DNA from: Candidatus Hadarchaeales archaeon
GTDB lineage: Archaea > Hadarchaeota > Hadarchaeia > Hadarchaeales > WYZ-LMO6
Direction of reading: 5' to 3'
Assembly (NCBI GenBank): GCA_038736355.1
Contig: JAVYML010000001.1
Span: 180,908-244,907, forward strand
DNA length: 64,000 nucleotides
The notes under the pieces were generated by a model that made no database searches, had not been told where the DNA came from, and worked only from the letters and a program-made list of their open reading frames with translations. How positions within the stretch are numbered: position 1 is the stretch's first letter; the number at the start of each line of letters is the position of its first letter. Made by a program: the position numbers and the translations under genes. Below are positions 38,170 through 47,600 of this stretch, one piece after another.

Positions 38170-38260
38170 TGGTCCCGCGGGGGAGATTTGAACTCCCGAC
38201 TTGCCGGTCTCGGCCTTGGGTCTACAGCCGGCCGCTCTAACCAGGCTGAGCTACCGCGGG
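38170..38260 (-). tRNA. tRNA-Tyr(GUA) with 13-nt canonical (37/38) intron; C1:G72; CCA encoded
   Basis: Minus strand CCCGCGG-TA-GCTC-AGCCTGGTTA-GAGC-G-GCCGG-CTGTAG[ACCCAAGGCCGAG]A-CCGGC-AAGTC-GGGAG-TTCAAAT-CTCCC-CCGCGGG-A-CCA. The C1:G72 pair is the archaeal/eukaryal Tyr identity element. Confidence 0.8.
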
Positions 38261-38294
38261 ACCTATTTTTCCTTGGACCTTTCCAGATAAATCC

Positions 38295-39401
38295 CTAACC
38301 CACCAAACCCGCCAATCTCCTGAGGGCCTTCAACTTTTCCTCCCTGTCCACCTTGGCCTCTTGGAGGGTGAGCTGCAGGAACTCCACCACCTCATCGTAA
38401 TGCTTTCTGTTGATGGGATAGGGCACACCATCCTTTCCACCCACGGTAAAGGAATACCTCACGGGATCCTTCCAGGAGGGTGGTTTACCATAAATGAGGG
38501 TGGAAAGGAGGGCCAAGGCCCTGACGGTCTTAGGTCCCACTCCCCTGATGGCTACCAGTTCTTCGTAATCCTTGGGATCCACCTCCCTAACCCTCCTCAG
38601 CACGGAGAGGGTCTCCCTCGTAAGCCTCGAGATGCCATGTTCTCGGGGCATGATGAGCCTCGCCCTTTGGGGAAGACCGAGGTATTCGTCCAGGGAAGAC
38701 TGTTCCGCTTCCCTGCTCAGGGCGAGGAGATCCTGGGGATCCTGTTTTGCCAGCTCCAAACTCCCTTTCCTTGCCCCCTCGCTCTCCCTCGCCGTCATGT
38801 CGAGTACCACCTCCTCCCTCTTCTCCCCCGCTATTCCCGAGTGGGGTTCCTCCACGAAGCTCTTCACCACCTCCGAGACCCAGTGGTACCTACGGGCCCA
38901 TCTCTCCCTCATCCCCTGCTGGACCACCGCCCAGTCTCCGTCCTCCGTGAGGATGAAGCTGTGATGGTAGAGCTGATAGCCATCCTGCACGCAGGCGTTG
39001 TCCACTTTAGCCGCCATCTTACTGGCGTACTTGAGTCTTTGGACTCGGTCCGAACTCAAAGAGAAGAGTTCGGAAGCCCTTTCGATCTCCTCTGGTGTTT
39101 TGCGAGAAACTTTGCCCTTCCCCCCACAGACCAGGATACCAAGCTCCCCCGTTTTCAGGGCCTCTTTCAGCGCCCCTGTGAGGGTGGTAGTCAGACCGGA
39201 GGAGTGGTAGTCGAATCCCACCGCACAACCGAAGGATTGGAAGAAAAAAGGATCGGCCATCCTCCTCAAGAACTCCCTCTTCCCGTACTCCATCAGGATG
39301 ACTTCCGTCACCGCCCTGGAGAGTTTGACCATCCTTTTGAAAAGCCAAGCTGGACACTCTCCGGAATGTAGGGGCAACTCGGTGATTCCAACCCTTTTCA
39401 T
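38295..39401 (-). CDS. DUF763-family protein with helix-hairpin-helix motif
   Basis: 368 aa; N-terminal GITELPLHSGECPAWLF (DUF763-like); HhH AIRGVGPKTVRALALL. An AT-rich TTTATTTTTTTAAAG box lies upstream. Confidence 0.55.
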   Translation of the reverse strand: MKRVGITELPLHSGECPAWLFKRMVKLSRAVTEVILMEYGKREFLRRMADPFFFQSFGCAVGFDYHSSGLTTTLTGALKEALKTGELGILVCGGKGKVSRKTPEEIERASELFSLSSDRVQRLKYASKMAAKVDNACVQDGYQLYHHSFILTEDGDWAVVQQGMRERWARRYHWVSEVVKSFVEEPHSGIAGEKREEVVLDMTARESEGARKGSLELAKQDPQDLLALSREAEQSSLDEYLGLPQRARLIMPREHGISRLTRETLSVLRRVREVDPKDYEELVAIRGVGPKTVRALALLSTLIYGKPPSWKDPVRYSFTVGGKDGVPYPINRKHYDEVVEFLQLTLQEAKVDREEKLKALRRLAGLVG

Positions 39402-39505
39402 CCCATGAGGTTTCGGGCTCTTTCCTTATTATGGTACCATCTTTAAAAAAATAAAAACAGGAACCGCTAACCCAGCAGGAAGAAAAGCCTCCTTTCCCGG
39501 AGCCT

Positions 39506-39721
39506 TCACTTGAGTAGGTAATACCCGGCGGCCTTCTCCCTCGCCACCCTCTTGGCATATCCCTTGTTCACGAGCTCCATCAGGGAATTGTTAACCATCC
39601 CCTTCGGAAGCTTCGCCGCTCTCATCACGTCGTCGGCAGTCTTCAGGGTGTTGGGAGAAGTGGCGCCGAGTTTTTTGAGCGCCTCATACACCTTCTGGGC
39701 ATTCGCTGACAGTCCCTCCAA
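39506..39721 (-). CDS. small winged-helix DNA-binding protein
   Basis: 71 aa; helix-turn-helix pattern KLPKGMVNNSLMELVNKGYAKR. Confidence 0.5.
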   Translation of the reverse strand: MEGLSANAQKVYEALKKLGATSPNTLKTADDVMRAAKLPKGMVNNSLMELVNKGYAKRVAREKAAGYYLLK

Positions 39722-39761
39722 ATTTTCACCCTTTTAGGATGTTCACCCTTTCCTTTTTAAC

Positions 39762-40637
39762 CTATCGTTCTATCTCCAGACTCATGTCCACGGCCAGCGC
39801 CCTAAAGGTCATGTAGCTGGAGGAAAGAACATCCACCCCCGTTCTGGCATATTCCTGCAGGTTTTCGGGGGTAATTCCACCCGAAACCTCCACGATAACC
39901 CTTTCCCTCAACCCGGCCTTCTTCAACTCCTCCACCGCCCTCTTCACCTCGGAGGGGGAAACGTTGTCCAACATCACGATGTCCGCTCCCGCCTTGGCCG
40001 CTTCCAGGGCCTGCTCCGCCGTCGTGACCTCCACTTCTACTTTTTTCGTAAAGCTCGCCCCTTCCCTAACCTTCCTTACCGCCTCCGTTATGGAATCCAC
40101 TAACTGGAGGTGGTCCTTCTTCACCAGCACCCCATCGTCCAGTCTCCACCTATGGGGGTCCCCACCACCCACCACCACTGCCCTCTTGTCGAAATAAGTG
40201 AGGAGGGGAAGGGTTTTCCTGGTGGCTGCTACCCTCACCTTTGGTGCCACCCGCCTTGCCAGCTCTACCATTTTCCTGGCCGCAGTGGCCACCCCACTCA
40301 TGCGCATGAGGAGGTTGAGGGCGATTCTCTCGGCCTTCAGCACCCCTTGGGCCGGGCCCTCCACTTCCATCACCACATCTCCCGGTTCCAGTTCCTCACC
40401 ATCTTCCTTCGACTTCAGCGTCCTCACCCCCATTTCCTCGAAGGCTATCCTCGCCTCCTGAACCCCTGCCAAGATCCCCTTCTCCTTACATACTATCCTT
40501 GCCCTGATCACCTTCTTCGGGTCAACCAAGATTTCGGTGGTGAGATCCCCAAAGCTCAGGTCCTCCGCCAGCATCTGTCTGATCTTTTCCCTCACGTACG
40601 GATTGAGACCCGAACCCTTTGGAAGGGCGTTCAACAC
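39762..40637 (-). CDS. nadC: nicotinate-nucleotide pyrophosphorylase (quinolinate PRTase)
   Basis: 291 aa; QPRTase N- and C-domains (DLTTEIL..., ATRKTLPLL, GADIVMLDN). Confidence 0.85.
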   Translation of the reverse strand: MLNALPKGSGLNPYVREKIRQMLAEDLSFGDLTTEILVDPKKVIRARIVCKEKGILAGVQEARIAFEEMGVRTLKSKEDGEELEPGDVVMEVEGPAQGVLKAERIALNLLMRMSGVATAARKMVELARRVAPKVRVAATRKTLPLLTYFDKRAVVVGGGDPHRWRLDDGVLVKKDHLQLVDSITEAVRKVREGASFTKKVEVEVTTAEQALEAAKAGADIVMLDNVSPSEVKRAVEELKKAGLRERVIVEVSGGITPENLQEYARTGVDVLSSSYMTFRALAVDMSLEIER

Positions 40638-40664
40638 CCGCTTTTCTTCCCTCTGGATTTAATT

Positions 40665-41429
40665 TTACCGTTGTTCCTCCAGCCACTCCTCTATGGGGGA
40701 GGGCCAAGGGGAAGGAGAGGGCAGCCTCTTCCCCTCCAGCAGTTGGAGGGGGGGAAGCCTTCCCATTGCCCCCACCTTCCCACCGTAAAGGATCAGGCAG
40801 CCCCTTATCCCCTCTATTTCCTTCGCCTTCTCCAGTCCCTTCCCTATTCCTTCCTCCGCTTCCCCCTTCACCTCGTTACAAATGGAGGTGGCTGCTGCAT
40901 CCGAAAGGGAGGCTTCATCCGAAACCACCGTTACCGCTTCCGCCCATCCCAAACTGAGGGAAGGTCCCACCTTCCCCGAACTCGTGCAAACACCAGCTGG
41001 AAGCTCCCCGGGACCCAGGGCAAGGGCTATCCTGCCCGAGAGGGGATGCCCCCCTGCGAAAATCCCCACCAGGAACCTCCTCCTCCCGTCGAGCGCTATA
41101 TCCCCTCCGTTTTCCACCACCACGTTGATCCCTCCCGCTTCCTTCGCCCCCTCCAAAGCCAGCTGGGCTATTGCCCCCGCCACCGAGGCGAAAGGACCAA
41201 CACCCGCCGCTTCTCCCGCCCTCACCATCAACTCCACCACCCTTGGCAGCTTCTCACCCGGGAAGGAAAGGGGCTCAAGGGAATACCTGAACTCGGGATG
41301 AGTTATCATGAACCTCTCTATGTCCCTCCTCGCCCTGAAGGCGGCGTGCACGGCGGCCTTGGCCACCTCGTGGGTATCGGCCTTCACCAGAAGCCTAGTT
41401 TCCTTATAGGACCAAGTGAGGGAAATCAT
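40665..41429 (-). CDS. conserved archaeal protein (UPF0280 / ApbE-related fold?)
   Basis: 254 aa; Gly/Ala-rich core GVGPFASVAGAIAQLALEGAKEAG. Family call is tentative. Confidence 0.45.
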   Translation of the reverse strand: MISLTWSYKETRLLVKADTHEVAKAAVHAAFRARRDIERFMITHPEFRYSLEPLSFPGEKLPRVVELMVRAGEAAGVGPFASVAGAIAQLALEGAKEAGGINVVVENGGDIALDGRRRFLVGIFAGGHPLSGRIALALGPGELPAGVCTSSGKVGPSLSLGWAEAVTVVSDEASLSDAAATSICNEVKGEAEEGIGKGLEKAKEIEGIRGCLILYGGKVGAMGRLPPLQLLEGKRLPSPSPWPSPIEEWLEEQR

Positions 41430-41836
41430 TCGAAGCTCCTTACCGTGATAGCCCTCACCGGACAGGCAGGAACGCAGACCTCACAGCAAACACACTTCTC
41501 CTCTTCCACCTGAAGGGAGTAGTCCTTTCCCAACCTGAGGGCCTGCGTAGGACAGAGGGAAATGCAGGCCCCACAGTCAAAACATTTTTCCCTATCCACC
41601 CTGATCGCCTTCCTCACCTCCACCGCTTCCACTCCCTTCTTCCTGAAGAGGGCCATCATCCTCTCCACCTGCTCCGGAGGAGCATCCACCCCTATGAGGA
41701 TCTCCCCTCCCCTCGCCCCTATGCTGGAGTAAAGGATGTTGGCCAGAATCCCCGTCTCCAGAAGAACGGAGGCGAAGACGGGCTCCTCCGCCATCTCCGC
41801 TGGGTACCTCAAAAGGATCTTTTTCTTCATCACCAC
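41426..41836 (-). CDS. NIL-domain + 2x[4Fe-4S] ferredoxin-domain protein
   Basis: 136 aa; NIL-like N-terminus (VFASVLLETGILANILYSSIG); CFDCGACISLCP and CVCCEVCVPACP. Confidence 0.7.
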   Translation of the reverse strand: MVMKKKILLRYPAEMAEEPVFASVLLETGILANILYSSIGARGGEILIGVDAPPEQVERMMALFRKKGVEAVEVRKAIRVDREKCFDCGACISLCPTQALRLGKDYSLQVEEEKCVCCEVCVPACPVRAITVRSFE

Positions 41837-41880
41837 ACTCTTTCCCTCTGGTTAAATATTTCCCCCTCCCGAGTAGGGGG

Positions 41881-43089
41881 ATGGGAGCCCCTGCTCCGGA
41901 GCGTCTCTCCCGATACAGGAAGCTCGAAAGGGAGTTCGGGAGGGAGGGAATCATCAACCTGAACCCCATTCAGAGGGGAGGCATCCTCACCCCCGAAGCC
42001 AGAAGGGCCTTGATGGAGTTCGGTGACGGATACTCTGTCTGCGACTGGTGCCCACCCAAGACCCCAAGGCTGGATCGAATCGAAAAACCACCCATTGCAG
42101 ACTTCCTCGAGGACCTGGCGGAGTTTCTCCACTTGAAGGTGGCAAGGGTGGTTACGAGGTGCAGGGAAGGAAAATTCATCGCCTTTTCCTCCCTGGCCTC
42201 ACCGGGGGACTGGGTGGTGGTGGACAGTCTTGCCCACTACTCCACTTACCTCGCCGCCGAACTCGCCCATCTGAAGGTGAGGGAGGTTCCCCATTCGGGC
42301 CCTCCGGAGTTCAGGATTTCCCCCGAAGCCTACGGGGAGACAATAGAGAGGATAAAAAGGGAAACGGGAAAGCCCCCCGCCCTCGTCCTCCTCACCCATG
42401 TGGATTCCTTCTATGGCAACCTAGCACCGGCGGAAGAGGTGGGAAAGCTCTGCCAAGAACAGGGTATCCCCTTTCTCCTGAATGCCGCCTACACCGCAGG
42501 GGTGATGCCCGTGGATGGGGAGAAGTTGGGGGCGGATGTCCTGGTGAGTAGTGGACACAAAAGTTGGGCTGCCAGCGCACCCACGGGTATCCTGGCCCTA
42601 GGGGAAGGAGTAGCGGAGAGGGTCCTTCGAAGATCCGAGATCAAGGGGGACTGGAGCGGCAGGTCCTTCCCGGAGAAGGAGCTGGCCCTTTTGGGATGTA
42701 CGGTAATGGGAGCACCCCTCGTTACTCTCATGGCCTCTTTTCCCCATGTGGTGGAAAGGGTGAGGGGCTGGGAGGAGGAGGTGAAGAAGGCAAGGTATCT
42801 CGTGGGGGAGCTGGAAAGGATAGAGGGAACAAGACAACTGGGAGAAAGACCCAAGAGGCACACACTGGTACAAATGGAATCTGAGGGTTTCTACAAAGTT
42901 TCCCAGAAGCATCGCAGAAGGGGTTTCTTCCTCTACGAGGAGCTGAGGGAAAGGGGAATCGTGGGAATCCAACCGGGGCTCACGAGGCACTTCAAGCTCA
43001 ACACGTACGGGCTCAAATGGGAAGAGGTGAAGTTCGTGGCGGAAAGCTTCTTGGAAATAGCCAAAAAATATGGCCTTGCCATCACCTAA
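41881..43089 (+). CDS. PLP-dependent fold-type-I enzyme, probable Sep-tRNA:Cys-tRNA synthase (SepCysS)
   Basis: 402 aa; INLNPIQRGGILTPEA N-terminal motif and SSGHKSWAASAPTGIL (PLP-Lys) resemble SepCysS. A cysteine-desulfurase-like alternative is not excluded. Confidence 0.55.
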   Translation: MGAPAPERLSRYRKLEREFGREGIINLNPIQRGGILTPEARRALMEFGDGYSVCDWCPPKTPRLDRIEKPPIADFLEDLAEFLHLKVARVVTRCREGKFIAFSSLASPGDWVVVDSLAHYSTYLAAELAHLKVREVPHSGPPEFRISPEAYGETIERIKRETGKPPALVLLTHVDSFYGNLAPAEEVGKLCQEQGIPFLLNAAYTAGVMPVDGEKLGADVLVSSGHKSWAASAPTGILALGEGVAERVLRRSEIKGDWSGRSFPEKELALLGCTVMGAPLVTLMASFPHVVERVRGWEEEVKKARYLVGELERIEGTRQLGERPKRHTLVQMESEGFYKVSQKHRRRGFFLYEELRERGIVGIQPGLTRHFKLNTYGLKWEEVKFVAESFLEIAKKYGLAIT

Positions 43090-43919
43090 GTGCCCACGAG
43101 GAGGATTTCTACAAGGTCCCTGAGCCTCATGATGGCGGAAAGGGCGGCGAGATAGCTCGTCTTCGGGTTGCCGGGGGAGGGGATGTTCCTCGCTATCGTT
43201 ATCATTTCTCCTGCCTCCCCCACCACCCTCAACTCGTGCACGTTCTTGTCCAAAGAGGGATCCGCTATGATCTTCACCTTCAATTTGTCGAAGCCTATTC
43301 CTGCCAAAGCCAGGGTGGCGGCGATGTTCACGCTTTCCGGAAAGGCCTTGACTGCCTCCCTCGCCGTCCCCTCGAAGACCACCGTTGGTTCCCTCACCCT
43401 CGAGAGATCCATTCCCCTTTCCCTCAGATAGGGACTGTAGGAGAGGGCAACGGGTGGTTTCCTCGTGATGAGCTGTGCCTCCTTAATACCCACGAGCTGT
43501 GCGGCCTTAACCCCATCCACCCCCAAGATGGATCCGGAAGGAAGATGGATCCTGCTTCCCCCCTTCCTCGCTGCTTCCAGTAGTCTTTTGAGCAACCCCT
43601 CATCGGCAAGGGCACCCACGCTCATCACCATTAAATCCTTTCCCGCTTCTAGGATGCGCTCTCCGTATTCAGCCACGGCGGCTTGGGAGGCTGCTTCCAC
43701 TACCACGTTGGTCCCGGGATCGGAAAGGATCTCCTGCAGGTCTCCCGCCACCCTGAACCCCAGCTCTGAAGCCAACTTCCTGCTTTTCTCCCCATCCCTG
43801 TCGAAAAGGAATCTCAATTCCACCCTTCCCGCCCTTCCTTCCTTGATTGCCCTAGCCAAGACACTCCCTATTTCCCCACATCCTATGAGGGAAACTCCAA
43901 GGTACTTAGAAGAGACCAA
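43086..43919 (-). CDS. nadX: L-aspartate dehydrogenase
   Basis: 277 aa; Rossmann N-terminus VSLIGCGEIGS, DUF108 core. Confidence 0.8.
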   Translation of the reverse strand: MVSSKYLGVSLIGCGEIGSVLARAIKEGRAGRVELRFLFDRDGEKSRKLASELGFRVAGDLQEILSDPGTNVVVEAASQAAVAEYGERILEAGKDLMVMSVGALADEGLLKRLLEAARKGGSRIHLPSGSILGVDGVKAAQLVGIKEAQLITRKPPVALSYSPYLRERGMDLSRVREPTVVFEGTAREAVKAFPESVNIAATLALAGIGFDKLKVKIIADPSLDKNVHELRVVGEAGEMITIARNIPSPGNPKTSYLAALSAIMRLRDLVEILLVGT

Positions 43920-44647
43920 AGCCCCTCACCTTCATCCTTCTATCTATCCTTCTTTAATCCTACCGTTTTGAAGGAAACGGGCTTTTCTAGGAAAAAGCGC
44001 CGAGAGAGCAGGGGTAAGGAAGGGATCCTCTTGCACCCCAGTACCACAAAACCCGACATGGACGAAACCGGAGAATATAAGGGCAATCTTCAGGATAGCC
44101 GAAACCTTCTAAGATTTCTGGCGAGAAGGATTGAGCCCCTTCTCCAACCGGAGTTTTCTTCGGTGGACTCCAAAGGGATCCCGACGAACTCCTACGGCAG
44201 GAAGAGGAGGGTCCTGGGGTAGAGAGGAAGAAGGTTTTCAAGCTCTGCGCTCGTCGGCTGCTCTCTTGAAGAGCCCTTTTCATCAAGCCTCTGTAACGGG
44301 AGAAAGTTGGCAAGACCTCACGCAGGTCGGATGCTGCTCGAAGCGACGGAAGACCACTTCTTGCGGACTCCACTTACGATCATCTCTCTCCCAGGCTTGC
44401 CAAGGACCGCGCGGGCTTGGGGATGGTTGGAAGCTTAGACCTGAACTTATAGACTGAAAAAGGTTGCGGAGGGGCTTTGCAACCAGATACCTTCCAAGGA
44501 TAAGATACCAGGCTCCTCACGCTCAGGAGTGCTCCATTCTCCTGATGGCCGTTGGGGGCTGCCAAGAACAAAATTAGAGGCTTGCTCAAACTAGCCCTAA
44601 ACTAATTTTTCGACAGACCTTTAAATTTAAATACCCCTGAAAGAGTT

Positions 44648-47600
44648 TTGTTTGTGCAAGCAAGAATTAAAAATGATAAGCTGAGCATCCTTTTTGCATT
44701 ACTTTTAATATCGCTTCTCTCCCTCTCTTCTCTGTTCTTGACTCTGTCCTCTGTGAGAACGGTTTCCGCATCTCCGGACCCACATGCTCCGATATACATA
44801 GAGGGGGATGGAAATTTCAAACCGGCAAACGGCGTTCGCAGTGGTTCTGGAACCAAAACCGATCCCTACATCATCGAGAACTGGGAAATCGATGCTTCCA
44901 ACGCCCACGGGATCCACATTAAAAACACCACCGCGTATTTCGTGATCAGAAATGTGCTGGTTGAGAACGGGAAGACTACTTACCATGGGATTTTTCTGGA
45001 AAATGTGGTCAACGGCAGGATCGAAAACGTGGTGAGCCGGAAAAACTCTAGAGGCATCTTTCTCTCTTACTCCAACAACATCCGCCTCTCAACCAACACC
45101 GTGGAGAACAACAAATACGGCATCTATCTCTACTGCTCCTCCAGAAACGAACTCTGGAACAATATCGTGAGGTACAACGAAAATGGCAACATCTATCTCC
45201 TCTCCTCCAACAACAACACCTTCTTCTCCCCCAACACCGCGGGAAACGGCAGATACGGCATCTACCTCCACTCCTCCGACAACAACACCTTCCTCGGCAG
45301 CACCGTGGAGAACAACAGATACGGCATCTATCTCTACCACTCCTCCAGAAACGAACTCTTGAACAATATCGTGAGGTACAACGAAAATGGCAACATCTAC
45401 CTCATCTCCTCCAACAACAACACCTTCTCCCACAACACGGTGAGGAATGGCGGGAGCATTTATCTCGACTTCTCCGACAACAACACCTTCTCAACCAATA
45501 CCGTGGAGAACACCTTCATAGGTATCCACCTCCACTCCTCCGACAACAACACCTTCTCAACCAATACCGTGGAGAACAACACCTACGGCATCTATCTAGA
45601 CAATTCCGGCAACAACACCCTCGCTAATAACACCGTGAAAAACAACCGGGGACATGGCATCCGTCTCGACTCCTCCGACAACAACATCCTCACCAACAAC
45701 ACCGTGGAGAACAGCGAGGAGGGCATCTACTTCCGCTCCTCCGACAACAACACCCTCACCAACAACACCATGAAAAACAACTGGTCGGAGGGCATCTATC
45801 TATACAACTCCGACAACAACACCCTCACCAACAACACCGTGGGAAACAACGGGTCGAAGGGAATCTATCTCAACTCCTCCGACAACAACACCTTCTCAAC
45901 CAATACCGTGGAGAACAACGCCCGTGGCATTTATCTCTATTACTCCTACAGAAACACCCTCTCAAACAACAAGGTGGAGAATAACTCTACAGGTATCTAT
46001 CTCGACTCCTCTGACAACAACACCCTCACCAACAACACCGTGGGAAACAACGGATCGGAGGGCATCTACCTCCGCTCCTCCGACAACAATACCCTCACCA
46101 ACAACAGGGTGGAGAACAACTTTATGGGTGTCTACCTCGTAGGCTCCTCTAATATCACAATGGACAACAACGTAATGAGGTCCAATCGCTGTAACTTCCT
46201 GGTATTCGGTGATAAGCTCTCGCACTTCATCCACGACATCGACAATACTAACACCGTGAACGGGAAGCCAGTCCTCTACTTAACCGGGACCGAGAACAAC
46301 CTCGTGATAAATCAGGATAACCGGGTAGGCTGGCTGGGTGTGGTAAATTCCAACAACATACAGGTGGAGAACCTCGTGGTCGAGACTGTTATGCTTGCGT
46401 TCACGCACAACACCAGGGTAGAGAATGTGATCGTCGAGAACTCATTAGTTGGCATCTATCTCTTCTCCTCCTCCAACAACTTCCTCTTAAATAACACCGT
46501 GGGGAACAACATGGAGGAAGGCATCCATCTCCACTCCTCCCACAACAACATCCTCTCAAACAACATCGTGAGGAACAACCAGTTGGGAATTGGAGTTGAG
46601 AATGGCAATCTGTTGGTTATTTCCCACAACGTTATTGAGAACAACTTGATCCGGGATATCGAATTTGATGGAAAAAATTCGGTTTTTGAGGCCAACGTCT
46701 ATACAACAGCAAGAGGCATTCCCCATATACATTCAGTTTGTGTTACAGACATCACGCAGACATCCGCAACGATAACCTGGGCTACCGATAAGAACTCAAC
46801 AAGTGTTGTCGAATACGGCCCAACAGCGGCATACGGATACACGGCCACGGACGGTGTGACGACCAACCATCGGGTGGACCTCTCCAACCTTTCACCCGGA
46901 ACCTATCACTTCCGCGTCCTTTCAACCGACAGCGAAAACAACCTCGAGATATCGGGGGACTTCACCTTCACGACGATTTCCCTACCAACATCCATAACGC
47001 TCGAACCATCCTCCTTCTCCCTGGTCTCAGGAGGTTCCAGGGAGATAACGGCCATCCTGAGGGACAACGGGGGAAACCCACTTTCCGGAAAGACGATATC
47101 GTGGAGCACAACCGCTGGAACAATAACCCAGACAAGCATGACGGACAATCTTGGGAGGGCAACCGCAACCTTCACGGCTCCCGTCGTCACGCAAATGGAG
47201 AATGTGACGATTACGGCAACCTTCGCGGGGGATGCCGGCTACGGGGGGAGTCAGGAAAATGCCTTATGTACGGTCTCTCCCGTTCCCTCCACCCCAACAA
47301 CCTTGACGGTTTCACCGTCAAGTTTCACCGTCAGAGTTGGCGGAAGGATAACCCTAACCGCAATCCTCTTGGATAACGCTGGAAATCCGCTCCCAGGAAA
47401 GCAGATAGTTTGGAGCACGACTTCCGGTTCGATTGAACCTATGATAGGTCTCACGGACAACCACGGGAGGATGGAGGTAACGTTTTTCGCACCATCGGTC
47501 AGCGGGTCCGTTGAAATCGGAGTTATTTTCCAGGGAGATTCAGTGCATGCCAGAAGCCAGGCGATAGGTGTGGGTACCGTGTCCCAGCCTCGACCGGGGA

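Noticed and set aside
38361-39371. 336-aa plus-strand ORF
   Set aside because: Antisense to DUF763 gene; His/Pro-rich.
40110-41513. 467-aa plus-strand ORF
   Set aside because: Antisense to nadC and the UPF0280-like gene; His/Pro/Leu-rich with no motifs.
43968-44589. Four short ORFs (60-130 aa) inside the 0.7-kb gap upstream of the adhesin
   Set aside because: Ser/Arg/Pro-rich, mutually overlapping on both strands, no start context; region treated as non-coding/possible ncRNA instead.
45089-45433. 114-aa minus-strand ORF of VVVGG/EVDA repeats
   Set aside because: Reverse-complement artefact of the adhesin tandem repeats.
45060-46150. Possible CRISPR array suggested by regular short repeats
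   Set aside because: Repeats are in-frame 66-nt coding units with conserved protein motif (beta-helix rungs), not repeat-spacer architecture; no cas genes nearby.
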